Source of the DNA: the human T2T-CHM13v2.0 reference genome, Homo sapiens
Reading direction: 5' to 3' (one strand)
NCBI RefSeq assembly: GCF_009914755.1
Contig: NC_060939.1
DNA: 64,000 nt
Below the pieces are notes generated by a model, which worked only from the letters and a program-made list of their open reading frames with translations, did not search any database and was not told the origin of the DNA. Position 1 is the stretch's first letter. Every line of letters starts with the position of its first letter. A program made the translations under genes and the position numbers. Below are positions 50,381-64,000 of the stretch, in pieces.

Positions 50381-50654
50381 GATGGAGTCTTGCTCTGTCG
50401 CCCAGGCTGGAGTGCAGTGGCATGATCTCGGCTCACTGCAAGCTCCACCTCTTGGGTTCATTCTCCTGCCTCAGCCTCCCGAGTAGCTGGGACTATAGGC
50501 GCCCACCACCACACCTGGCTAATTTTTTGTATTTTTAGTAGAGATGGGGTTTCACCGTGTTAGCCAGGATGGTCTTGATCTCCTGACCTGGTGATCTGCC
50601 TGCCTCGGCCTCCCAAAGTGCTGGGATTACAGGAGTGAGCCACCGCGCCCGGCT
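50362..50654 (-). mobile_element. AluY
   Basis: gcaagctcc, ccgtgttagccaggatggtct. Confidence 0.9.
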
Positions 50655-50815
50655 TCTTCTTTCTTCTTTCTTTTTCTCCTTCTTCTTCTTTTTCTTTAGA
50701 GACAAGAGCCTTCCTGTGTTGCTTAGGCTGGTCTTGAACTCCTGGGCTGAAGCAGTCCTCCTGCCTAGGCCTCCCAAAGTGCTGGGATTACAGGCGTGGG
50801 CCACCATGCCACCTG
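50655..50815 (-). mobile_element. Alu left monomer (FLAM-like)
   Basis: aggctggtcttgaactcctggg..cccaaagtgctgggattacaggcgtg. Confidence 0.8.
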
Positions 50816-51606
50816 CACATTTCTATCTTTATGCTCTAAGTGCTGCAGATTTGGGGGAAGCTCTAGCTCTGATGGGAAATGTCCGGACCTCTTTAATTTT
50901 CTTCACCCTGTTCCACAGGTCGGCGTCTTTATGCCTTCATGCGCCCTTCTCTCTTCGGTCTCTCAAGAGTAACTTGGTGCTTTCTTCTCTGTGGTCTTCG
51001 GAGTTCTGCTTATTCCTCTTCCTGAGGCCAGGAGACTGTTGGCTGTCCTAGTGATCTGATCGCATCAACACCCACTTTTTCTTCTTGGAAGTGGCCATGG
51101 TCACTTTTCCCATGGGCAGGGAAGAGCAGCTTCTGAGGATTACACGGAGCACAAAGGCCACGGAAGCTCCCCCCCAGTATAGGGGTGGGATCTTAGCACC
51201 TACCAGTAGGTTTTAGCTTCAGAAGGAGGGCCTTGGGTGCTCTGCCTGTAGGGAGCCCTAAAACCCCATCCGCAGCATGGCAGGACAAGCCAGTCCCCAG
51301 CCTCCACTGTCCTGAGGCGTCCCCTCCTCTGCCCGCGCTCTCTGCCTCATTCGTCCCCACCCCACCACATGGTCTCCTCTTAGGGGATCTCATGATAGGC
51401 AGTGGTTTTCAAACGTTTCAGAAAAAGTGGTGGAATCATTCATTTCAAATTAATTTTTCATCCAAAATCTAATGTATAAAACAGCTTGAAGCCAGGCAGA
51501 GCTTGGATGGTGGGATTGGTCATTTCTTTACCTCCTTAACTTCCTTTGACTCCTCCACAACCCCTTCTTTTGACAACCCCCAGGAGGGGCTATATAGCAC
51601 CCCTCA

Positions 51607-52250
<644 letters not shown>

Positions 52251-52359
52251 TTCAGAGGTCCGTGGTGTGCGGATGCTGGGCAGCCCAGAAGGACAGTGTC
52301 CTTCCTGCTTCTTTGTGCCAGCTCCTTTATTTATTTCAGCTCCTTTCATCCTCTCCAGA

Positions 52360-52557
52360 GCCCATCCTAAAATCACCGGGGGACCTCGTTAAAATGCAGA
52401 TTTCTAGGCTCTCTCCCACGCCACCACCTACCTCCCCACCCCCAGGATCCTGTCTGATAAAAAAGTTCTGGGTGGCAGCCTGGGAAGTTCCATTTAACAA
52501 GCACCTCAGCTGATTCTGATGTGGGTGGCACAGGAAACACATTCAGAGAAACACTGC
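52360..52557. mobile_element. MER5-like MITE
   Basis: aatcaccgggggacctcgttaaaatgcagattt..catttaacaagcacctcagctgattctgatg..gagaaacactg. Confidence 0.8.
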
Positions 52558-52786
52558 CCTGCATGCTAAGCTTTATGATTGCTATTTTATAAAGGGGTAA
52601 AGTTTCACTCACCCAGGATCACATAGCTGGCAACTGAATTCAGACCCTTCTGGCTCCAAAGTGTATGCACTTTTCACCATAGTCAAGACATCTCTCTTCA
52701 TACCGGTTTCTGAAACTTCAGTTTTTTTCCTGTTCCAAATGTCACTTCATATGTTTCTTTAAATTGATTTTATTAAAAATAAAACT

Positions 52787-53100
52787 GGCCAGGCACGGTG
52801 GTTCATGCCTGTAATCTCAGCGTCTTGGGAGGCTGAGGTGGGTGGATCACTTGAGCCTAGGAGTTCGAGACCAACCTGGGCAACAGCAAGACCCCGTCTC
52901 TTAAAAAAAAAAAAATCAGCCGGGCATGGTGGTGCATATCTGTGATCCTAACTACTTGAAAGGCTGAAGTAGGAGGATCGCCTGAGTAGGAGGATCGCCT
53001 GAGGCTAGAGTTTGAGGCTGCAGTGAGCTATGATCGTGCCACTGCACTCCAGCTTGAGCAACAGAGCAAGACACCATCTCAAATAAAAAATAAATAAAAA
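52787..53100 (+). mobile_element. AluJ with internal 17-bp duplication
   Basis: agtaggaggatcgcctg x2 at 52968-53001. Confidence 0.9.
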
Positions 53101-53102
53101 TT

Positions 53103-53443
<341 letters not shown>

Positions 53444-53755
53444 TTATTATTTTCATAAATAGAAAACCATTATTACTTGCTATTCGCTATAAATAGGAGG
53501 TAACCATAAAAACAAACTGGCAAACTGAGTGCAGTGGCTCTTGCCTGTAGTCTGAGCTACTCAGGAGGCTGAGGCAGGAGGATCACTTGAGGCAAGGAGT
53601 TTCAGGCCAGTTGCCCAGGCAACTGGTCTTTTTTTTTTTTTTTTTAAATCTTTTAAAATTAGTCGGGCACGGTGGTGTGCCTGCAGTCCCAGTTACTTGG
53701 GAGGCTGAGGTGGGATGATTCCTTGAACCTAGGAGTTTGAGGCCACAGTGAGCTA

Positions 53756-54043
53756 TTTTATTTTAAAGAGACAGGGTCTCACTCTGTCACCCAGGCAGTG
53801 GTGCCATCATAGCTCATTTTAGCCTTGAACTCCTTGGCTCAAGCCATCCTCCCACCTCAGCCTCCTAAGTAGCTAGGACTACAGGCCTGAGCCATTTTGT
53901 CTGGTTTATTTATTTAGTTTTTTGTTAAGATGGGGTCTTGGTACGTTGCCTAGGCTGGTCTTGAACTCCTGGCCTCACATGATCTTCCTACTTCAGCCTC
54001 CCACAATGCTGGGATTACGGGCATGAGCAACTGTGCCTGGCCT
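53756..54043 (-). mobile_element. AluJ nested in Alu
   Basis: Reverse dimer between cagtgagctat copies. Confidence 0.88.
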
Positions 54044-54103
54044 GCAGTGAGCTATGATTGTGCCACTGCACTCCCGCCTAGGCGACAGAGCAAGACCTGT
54101 TTC

Positions 54104-54407
<304 letters not shown>

Positions 54408-54523
54408 ACCTTGTTTCTAAACAAACAAACAAAGTGAACTGTTAGTGACAGATCCTGACCATTCTGAAAAGAACAGGGCTGAAGTAGTGTAGCCTTCAGA
54501 CTTGGTTACCCCTAGTCCTACTC

Positions 54524-54527
<4 letters not shown>

Positions 54528-54578
<51 letters not shown>
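54528..54578. repeat. (CA)n microsatellite
   Basis: About 25 pure CA units. Confidence 0.97.
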
Positions 54579-54580
<2 letters not shown>

Positions 54581-55114
54581 CATTCATGCAGTATACATGA
54601 AGCTTTCTTAACCTGAGGCCCAAGTATGGGCTCAGAGGAGGGAACAGTTTTTGTGCTGTTTGATCTATTGGAATGTTTTCCTGAGCTGAGCATCCATTGC
54701 CCACATTCGAGTCTCAAAGAGGCTCACTATTGAAAAAGGTGAAAAATTGCTGTTTGAAGTGAATGTTTCCAATCTCGCTTTTCTCTTTAGCTTATGTTAT
54801 GTGATTCCTCCTCCCACCTAATTTTCTTCAAGGATCCCCTCCCACTGTGTCCTGGACTTGGTGCTCTTTATCCCTCACAACTGGGTTTCACAGACCTGTT
54901 CTGAAGGGACATTTGGCCTGTGTTTCCATGAATGCCCCCTGGAAGGGCACAAGACAAGCATGTCCTGGCCCTGTAGAGAGGTCTGTGCTGGGAATGGATC
55001 ATGACATGAAACTTCTTCTCCCTGCAAATGTCTGCTTTGTAAATAGTCTGCACCTTTGGTCTGGATGCTGTAATAAGTTGAAGCATTTCTTAGCAGCATT
55101 TATTTTTCTTCTTA

Positions 55115-56740
<1,626 letters not shown>

Positions 56741-56744
56741 AAAG

Positions 56745-57600
56745 GAAAAATTTATAAAACAGTTCAAGCCTACAAAAAATACACAAAATAACTTACAGAC
56801 ACACATGTACCTGCCATCCAGGTTTAACAGATATTAACATTTTGGATCATTTGCTTCAGATATCTTTTGTCTTTTAAACAAATAAAAGGTTGTCAGTATA
56901 GTTAAAACTATTCTCTATTTTTTATCTCTTCCTTCATCCTGAGAGATAATGTCTCACTGACGTTATTATCTCTTCCATGAATATTTTATACTTTTGATAC
57001 ATATGTATGTATCCACAAACAATAATGCTATTGTTTTTGTATTGATAGTTACATAAACAGTAGCATATCATTATTTAACCTTTGCAAATTGCTCTTTCAC
57101 ACCATATTGGCTGTTAAATCTATCTATGTTGATTCGCTTAGATCTAGTTCATTCATTTTAACCTCTGTATAGTATTCTCCCTATTCTACCATACAAGTAA
57201 AGCACCATTATTCATCCTTCCACTGAAGGACACTTAGATTGTGTCTAGTATTTTACTATTGAAAACAATGTTCCAATTAACATTCTTGTTTGTGTCTCCT
57301 GGTGCATATATCAAGAGCTTTTGGGGTATCCTCCTTATGAATGGAGTTGCTGGGTTGTGGAGCAGGTGTATCTTTAACCTTATGGATATGGCCAAGCTGC
57401 TCTCCAAAGGGTATGTACTAATTTATTTTCCCAGGAGCAGTGAATGAGAATGCAATTCTCCCCATTCATCCTTGTGAACAGTTGGTACTGTCCAATTGTT
57501 AATTTTGCCAACCAGGTTGCTGAGTATATTTTCATGCTTATTGGACGTTCTGGCTTCTTTTGTGAATTTTATGTTTATAGCTATTGCTATTTTTGTACTG
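56745..57600 (-). mobile_element. L1ME-like fragment
   Basis: gatctagttcattcattttaac..ggagttgctgggttgtgg..tgccaagctgctctccaaa-like. Confidence 0.7.
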
Positions 57601-57676
57601 GTTTGCTTATAATGTTCATATGAATACATATTTAATTTCTTACAGAGGCAACACAAGGTTTTCAGCTATCTTAGCC

Positions 57677-57877
57677 CAGCGATGTATCGGAGCAGGCTCA
57701 CACTGTCTTACAAGAGACAACTGTGCACAACTTTTCAGACTTCTGTATCCAGTGACCTTACATTGGTAGCTCAAATTGGCCATGGTGGGAATATTTCTAC
57801 AAGGGAAATTGGGAAACTGCAGATCTTGGCTTTCCCCACCCCATAGTCCATGTTAAGCATTTACCAGCGTACCACTA
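57677..57877. mobile_element. MER63-like hAT MITE
   Basis: ttggtagctcaaattggccatggtgggaatattt..gttaagcatttaccagcgtaccact. Confidence 0.75.
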
Positions 57878-58139
57878 TCTTAACCTCCACCTTGGCCCAA
57901 GCATCTCTCACAATATGACTGACTTGAAAATAAATCTTGATCTAAGTTGGCTTTTCAGTCTGTTGGAACTGGGCCTTGGACCTCTTTCAGGAGCGATTTC
58001 ATCAGGGTTTCTGTAATATATGAGAAATTCAATATCCTTTTGAACTAATGCATCTTCTACTCTGAAGTGGATCACTATTCATTTAAAGCAAAGTGAGGGT
58101 CCTTCGGCAGCTCATCAGTCACAGTAATCCAAGCACAGA

Positions 58140-58700
58140 GTAGAATCCAAGTATCCAGTGATCCTGGAACTGGAAGGGATGGCAAATGTCACCCCCCACC
58201 ACACACACCCCTACCATCTTCTCAATCTTGTTTCTTTGGACAATTTCCACAGCAGGTATCAGTTCAGTCTCTGCATGGACATTCTGACGACAGGGATTTC
58301 TCTCACACCACGTAACTCTCCAAGCAGAGACTGCAAAATAATACTGACTTTTTGTTTCAATTGGAAAAGAAGAAAAATTCTTTAAAATAAATGAAATCTG
58401 TTTTCCTTCCCGTTAGTCTAGTTCTGCCCATTGGCATTACCTGGATCAAGTCGAATGACCAATGGGCAGAGCTAGACTGATGGGAAGGAAAACAGATTTG
58501 AAAAGTCTAATGACTTCTTCAGGTATTTGAAACCAGAAATCATATACGACCTCTCTTAATGTCTATGTGTCTTAATAATTCCTCATGGATGTAGGAACCA
58601 GCCTTTTCCAGGTTCAGGTCCCTGTGGTCCCTGTTCAGTTCTCTGGTTGATCAATGGTACTCCAAGAACAAATATAAACAACTTCATTCTGCAGCTGATT
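58140..58700 (-). mobile_element. L3/CR1-like relic
   Basis: ctggaagggat, tctagttctgccc, aagtctaat, cttcaggtatttgaa resemble recalled CR1/L3 consensus. Confidence 0.5.
58394..58499. repeat. Long inverted repeat / stem-loop
   Basis: 58394-58434 pairs with 58459-58499: 38 Watson-Crick + 3 G-T pairs, then 1-nt bulge, 4 more pairs and a 15-nt loop. Confidence 0.95.
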
Positions 58701-59078
58701 CTCCAAATTGCAGAGCTGCAGATATCTGCATAACTTCAAAATCACCTTATTCTGTAGCCTGTTCATGAGGCCAGAAATAGAGTTTGCTGCTAGTAAGGAG
58801 CCTGACACAATGATGTTGCATTTAAAAATGTACTGAAGAAATGTGCAAATATATTCTACAGAATAAGGTTCCACTAGAACTTAATATCCCAAAGAGAATG
58901 TTTTGCAGGAACATTCTCAATGATCAATTGAAGGATCCCTTTTGTGGGTTACCTGTGACCACTTCCCCCTGCCTTGCTGATGTTTCTGTTTGTCTTTCCA
59001 TACTCACATTCTTAGGAGAAAATATATTGAAATTCAAAACTGCTAAAAAATATTTTATGCTATACTTTAAGAAACCCT

Positions 59079-59332
59079 GGCTGGGCATGGTGGCTCATGT
59101 CTGTGATCTCAGCACTTTAGGATGCCAAGGTGGGTGGATCGCTTGAGCCCAGGAGTTTCAGACCCACCGGGGCAACATAGTGAGACCTTGTCTCTATTAA
59201 AAACAAACAAACAAACAGCTGGGTGTGATGGCACACTCCTGTAGTTCCAGCTACTCAGGAGGCTGAGGTGGGAGCCAAGATTGCACCACTGCACTCCAGC
59301 ACTCCAGCCTGGGTGACAGAGTGAGATCGTCT

Positions 59333-59379
<47 letters not shown>

Positions 59380-59383
59380 AAAA
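59079..59383 (+). mobile_element. AluJ with right-arm deletion
   Basis: gaggtggga joined to gccaagatt; gcactcca duplicated; long poly-A. Confidence 0.88.
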
Positions 59384-60669
59384 CCTCTAATGTGTGAAAA
59401 ATCTGTATTAATAAAACAAATTAGGAAGCGTTTATTCCCTGAGCCTGGCTGCTGTTGCCTGTGTTAATTTATAGATTTATTAATTACTTGACAGAGAAGG
59501 CAAAAGTACAAAATGTACAACCAAAGTATGAGATATCAAGGTACCACTGTCAATTAAAAATCAAAAAAAGAAGTCATATTTTAGAGCGGAATGGTCAACG
59601 TCAACATGATCATTTCATAGAGGAGAAAACAGAGAGGTGAAGCCACTTGCACAGAGTCACACAGCTTTGCAGAGTAGGGCGGGGTAGGGCAGAGGAGCAG
59701 CTTGTCTCTTCCTGGCATGCTGCTGATAAAACATCTCAGAGCTGGTGGCATTAATCAGAGGGAACAGAAATTTTGATTTAACCCCACTTTTCATGTACAT
59801 CTATGATGCATTTCAACAACGAAGAAGCATCTTTTGTACTGTCTGCCAGACAGGGATCCTTACTATTGATATGTTTGAAAGTTAATTACATGGAGGAGTG
59901 AAGACGGCACACCCATCTCAGAGACTAACCACCGCAAATGACAAGTGAAAAAGACAGAGCCGTTACAGCTATCCTGGTCGGGTTTATTTTCCCAGACTAC
60001 CATGTGGGGAGTTGAACATACCCACCCTCAGGTCGGGGACAGGCTCGTGACGATGCTCAGGGTAGTGGTGGAGCCCCAGAAGCCTCCAGTTTCCATTTTG
60101 GACCCACGGAGATCTCCAGGTTGCCTATCACTCTTGGCCCAGGCCTGGGCTTTCCAGGAACTTCCCCGATTGATGTTTTACTGAACGTGGTGCCGAAAGT
60201 TAGTCACAGGAAGACATTATCTCAGCTGTCTCTGCGCAAATGCTCTCTGAAACCTCCACGTTGCTTTTAAAGCATCATGGAGAAATGTAGCATTTATGCC
60301 TTGGGAGCCAGCTATCTATGCAGAGCTAAAATAGAAAATCTTCTCAAGTTGAGTATAAACAGATCCTCAACAAGACTGAGACTCTTGTTGCTTGTGGCTG
60401 TGTGGGGATAGGAATCAGCTACAGCATCACTTGTATTTTTCCTGCCCTTGGGGTGCTCTGTGGAGACCATGTGATGCCTTCCACAGCTAATGCCCCTAAG
60501 GAAAGACCTTAGGCAGATACACACTGAAAGTATACACATCTGTAGACAGCTGTGGGCAAGGATGTTGGAGTTTAGCATCTCTACTAACTCACCTAATAGT
60601 AAAAACGGGAAGCATTGTGCTAACATTTTTTTTAGAACAGCTGCAACTATCTAAATTATAATACAATCT

Positions 60670-61250
60670 TAACAATTTAACATTCAGATACAATTATGCA
60701 GAATGAAGTGCACCCATCTTAAGTGTACAGTCTGATGTGTTTCTGCTAAATGCATATACTAGCATAGCCAACACCCCATCAAGATATAGAGCATTGCCAT
60801 CACCCAAGAAAGTTCTTTATGCCTCTCCCTAGTCATTTGAAACTTTCCCTCTCTACCCACCCAGGGCAGCCATGATTCTGATTTCTAGCTCTAGATCAAT
60901 CTTGCCTGTTTTTGAGCTTTACATAAATGAGCTAATACAGTATGTACTCTTTTGGCTTATACATTATGCTTTGGAGACTCATTTATGTTTTTGCATGGAT
61001 TAGTAGTCCATTCCTTTTTACTGCTAAGCAGTATTGCATTGAATGGATATATCATGATTTGTTTATCCATTCTCCTTTTGATTTACATTTGGGTTGTTTT
61101 AGTTTTTGCTATTATGAACAAAGCACCTATTGACATTCCCATAGAAGTATTTTTGTGGAATTTTCATTTCTTTTGGGTAAATAACTAGGGCTAGACTTGC
61201 TGGATCGTAAGTTAGTTGTATGTTTTACCTTATAAGAAACTGTCAAACAG
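60670..61250 (-). mobile_element. L1M(B/C)-like 3' fragment
   Basis: cttaagtgtacagtctgatg..catcacccaagaaagttc..ttgtttatccattctcct..ttgggtaaata. Confidence 0.8.
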
Positions 61251-61514
61251 TTGACATAATGCACTCTTAATGAAGCTTATTACCTGTGAAGTGAGGTCTT
61301 TTAAATTTTTTGTCTTTTGATTTTTGTCTTAAATTGCATCGATATTAGATGTGTGGACATTCTTCTGAAATATCTTAAGGATCAGACCTTGATTAACTGT
61401 GTTATTTTAGTAGATCTTTAATGCTTCTGAGTTATTTATACGGACAGCTCGAAATCTGAACGACTCCCATTGGAAAACCAGAATGATCTCTTTCATGGAT
61501 CTCTCCCATATTTT

Positions 61515-61960
61515 TATTTATCTTCTTTAATGTTTTATACATACAAAAATATGTAGAACATGTGTTAGTTATTAAGCATACTTATAAAATGGAAATTTGT
61601 AAATCCGTCACTCAATCCAAGAGTGAACTCATTTCCAAATTACAATGGAAACCCATGTGCCTATGGGCTTCTCATCCTCTCCAAAGGAATTCACATCCTT
61701 CATTAATTCTTTTGCTAAAACAAAAGCAAAACAAAGGAAAAATATTATTTTATTATTTAAAGCAAAAAAAATTTTCTGTAACTTTTAAAGTTTTCCTTGC
61801 TTTTTAAGAGCTTTATCAAAATGGTGTTACGCTGTGTGCGTTTTTGATATTTGTATATTTTTACTCAGTGTGTTTCAAAGATCTGCCCATGTTGTGTGGG
61901 GCTGTAGTTTATTCACTTTTGCTGCTAACATTCCTTTCTGCGAATACATCACAATATACT
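61515..61960 (-). mobile_element. L1ME-like fragment
   Basis: gagctttatcaaaatggt..agatctgcccatgttgtgtggggctgtagtttattca. Confidence 0.55.
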
Positions 61961-63559
61961 GTATTACTTGATACTTGTCAATTGTTGTGCTGTTTCTCAC
62001 GTTTGCACTTGATGTATATGATATACATTACATTTTTTGGGGAGTCTGGTACATTTAGCAGAATAATTTGAGATGAAACTGTTATCAAGTAAACGGCGTT
62101 TTTAAAAAATGAAAACAAGCAATCAGTTTCTGCTCCAAAAGAGGGAGAACCTATAAGATACCTGAGTAAAATGGTATAAAATAAAAAGTTTGGTGCATTG
62201 TCAATGTGGGTATAAAGCAAAGACTCCAATTAATTTTTGTCTACATGATTTTATTTCAAGGTTGAAAAAATAAGTTTGACTTGTGTATGTAAAATATAAT
62301 CATTGAAGAAATACAAATCACCTCCTTTGTCCATGTGGTCAAGTTAGAGCGTAAAGACAACCTAAATTTTTGTTCCTTTTTTTTCCCTAAATATTAAGCT
62401 ATATAATGATACATCTCCCACTTCACTGTTTAAAATAACTTAATACGATTGATTTCCTACTACTTCAGGAAAACACAAACATTTAAAAAATTCACAAATA
62501 AAAATCATTTTAGTAAAAAAAAAACACACAAAAACAAATCCTACAACCCCTACAACAACCTATATACATTTAAAAATTCTATAGACCTCTTTATGTTCTT
62601 GGGGACAAATAAACAGGCATATTTATTACTAATACTAAAAATACATTGGGTAGTATTTGAAGATTTTATATTAGCACTAGCCTTTTAAAAATCAGCTCTA
62701 AATTTTTGTCTTACAAGTATGTATTAAAAATTCTGAAATCAAGTATAATGAAATTATATATCAATATTCCTTTGCATTTAACTCCAGAGTGGATCTGCAG
62801 GAATCAAGACCAACCTCATGCAGAGAACTTAAGAAATATTTAAAAATTAGTAGACTGGACTTTAATTCTTCATGTGTAGTGCCTAATTTTTAAATAATAC
62901 ATTTTAAGATTCTAATAAATTTATTTCACTGTTAAATCTAGGAACATCCAAAACTGAAACTCTTTATTTAAAAATCAAGCTGAATTTCAGTTAAACAAAA
63001 CCATCCCATCATATGAATAACTTTCTTAGGTAAAACAAGGTTTATTTTCTTTCTATACAACTGACTCTGAATTGAGCTAGAAATTTCCAAGGAGGAAAAT
63101 GATCTAGGAAACAACTTTAGAAAAAAAGGGCTAAGTTTCCGTTATGATAGCTTTTGACTTGTTTTCAGCTCTTAAAAAATTATTTACGAACGATGGATAC
63201 ACGTTCTAATGCAGAAGTATTTTAGAATTAGAGAGTAAAAGAAACCTACTACCTTCCTTTACATCAGGTCCCTTACCATCCTACCCGATTGTTTGAGACA
63301 ACCACTTCTTATCTCGACAATTCACAACTCTTTTATTAGCTATCTTAAAAAAATTTATTACTGGCATCAATTAGCCTGAGTCATGAAACCGGACCACATT
63401 AAGGGCGACACATGGTCCAATCACTGTTTGTAAAAGTCCACGTATTTCAAACTCCTCTCTCCTGCCACTGCTGGGCTGTTTCCCTCTTTGAGGACCTGGT
63501 CTCCGCAGCATTTATTCATTAGATGGCAGTCCTAGGGGAGTCTCGCTTTGGGGAAACCT

Positions 63560-64000
63560 CTCCTCCTGCACATTCAAGAAAACAACCGCGGAGACTTAGG
63601 GTCGGTACTGGTTTCCAGTCACTTACGTAGCAAACGAAGCAAGAGGAACGTGCCTGGGAGGACCCGAGACAGGTGCGGGTGGGTTTCCGCAGTAGCCGCT
63701 GATCCCGAGTGCATGCGGCGTGTTCCCGGGTCGGGACCGCAGCCAAGGGAGGCTTCCCGGCCCCAGCCTCCACCCCCTCCTCGGCGCCCCGGGACCCGGA
63801 CACGCCCCCCGAGCTTCGGAGACCCGCAGCGTGCACGCGCCCCGGCCGCTCCCCGCAGCCGCCCACGTGGTGGAGCCCTGAGCTGCGCGAGGCCGCGGAG
63901 AGCGCTCAGGGCGGGCGGCTGGTCCGGGAGGCCACGCCAGCGCGACCCAGCCGAGTCGGCCCCCAGCCCGGGCCCCCACATTTCCTCCCCCGGAGGGAGG
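63560..64000. promoter_or_regulatory. CpG island / probable promoter, runs off the window end
   Basis: Abrupt switch from AT-rich DNA to GC-rich, CpG-dense, non-repeat sequence; GC boxes gggcgggcgg near 63910, E-box cacgtg 63864-63869, NRF1-like gcgtgcacgc; AP-1 tgagtca at 63377 just upstream. Confidence 0.9.

Noticed and set aside
63519-63981. Three 115-120 aa ORFs in the CpG island
   Set aside because: Overlapping G/A/R/P-rich frames on non-ATG starts are expected from stop-codon scarcity in GC-rich DNA
63560-64000. Naming the gene at the CpG island
   Set aside because: No exon or coding sequence in the window that I can recognise; needs BLAT

Overview
Primate (human-like) non-coding genomic DNA. 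About 57 Alu elements or fragments (roughly a quarter of the window, counted by eye), many with intact target-site duplications (TSDs), are interspersed with old L1M, L2, L3/CR1, MIR, MLT1/LTR33-type LTR and hAT MITE (MER1B, MER5, MER63) relics and several (CA/TG)n microsatellites. The window ends in a CpG island (about 63560-64000) that looks like a gene promoter continuing beyond the window; I cannot name the gene. No supportable CDS, tRNA, rRNA or CRISPR array: the listed ORFs are Alu-, L1- or simple-repeat-derived or short chance frames. I found no convincing multi-component new system. Best leads: a 106-nt near-perfect hairpin at 58394-58499 that looks like a template-switch inverted duplication (pre-miRNA-like); an unexplained near-exact 30-bp copy shared by 30557 and 44612; a minus-strand splice donor at the island edge suggesting a divergent lncRNA; and several unusual Alu architectures. 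Subfamily calls and boundaries were made by eye and are approximate.
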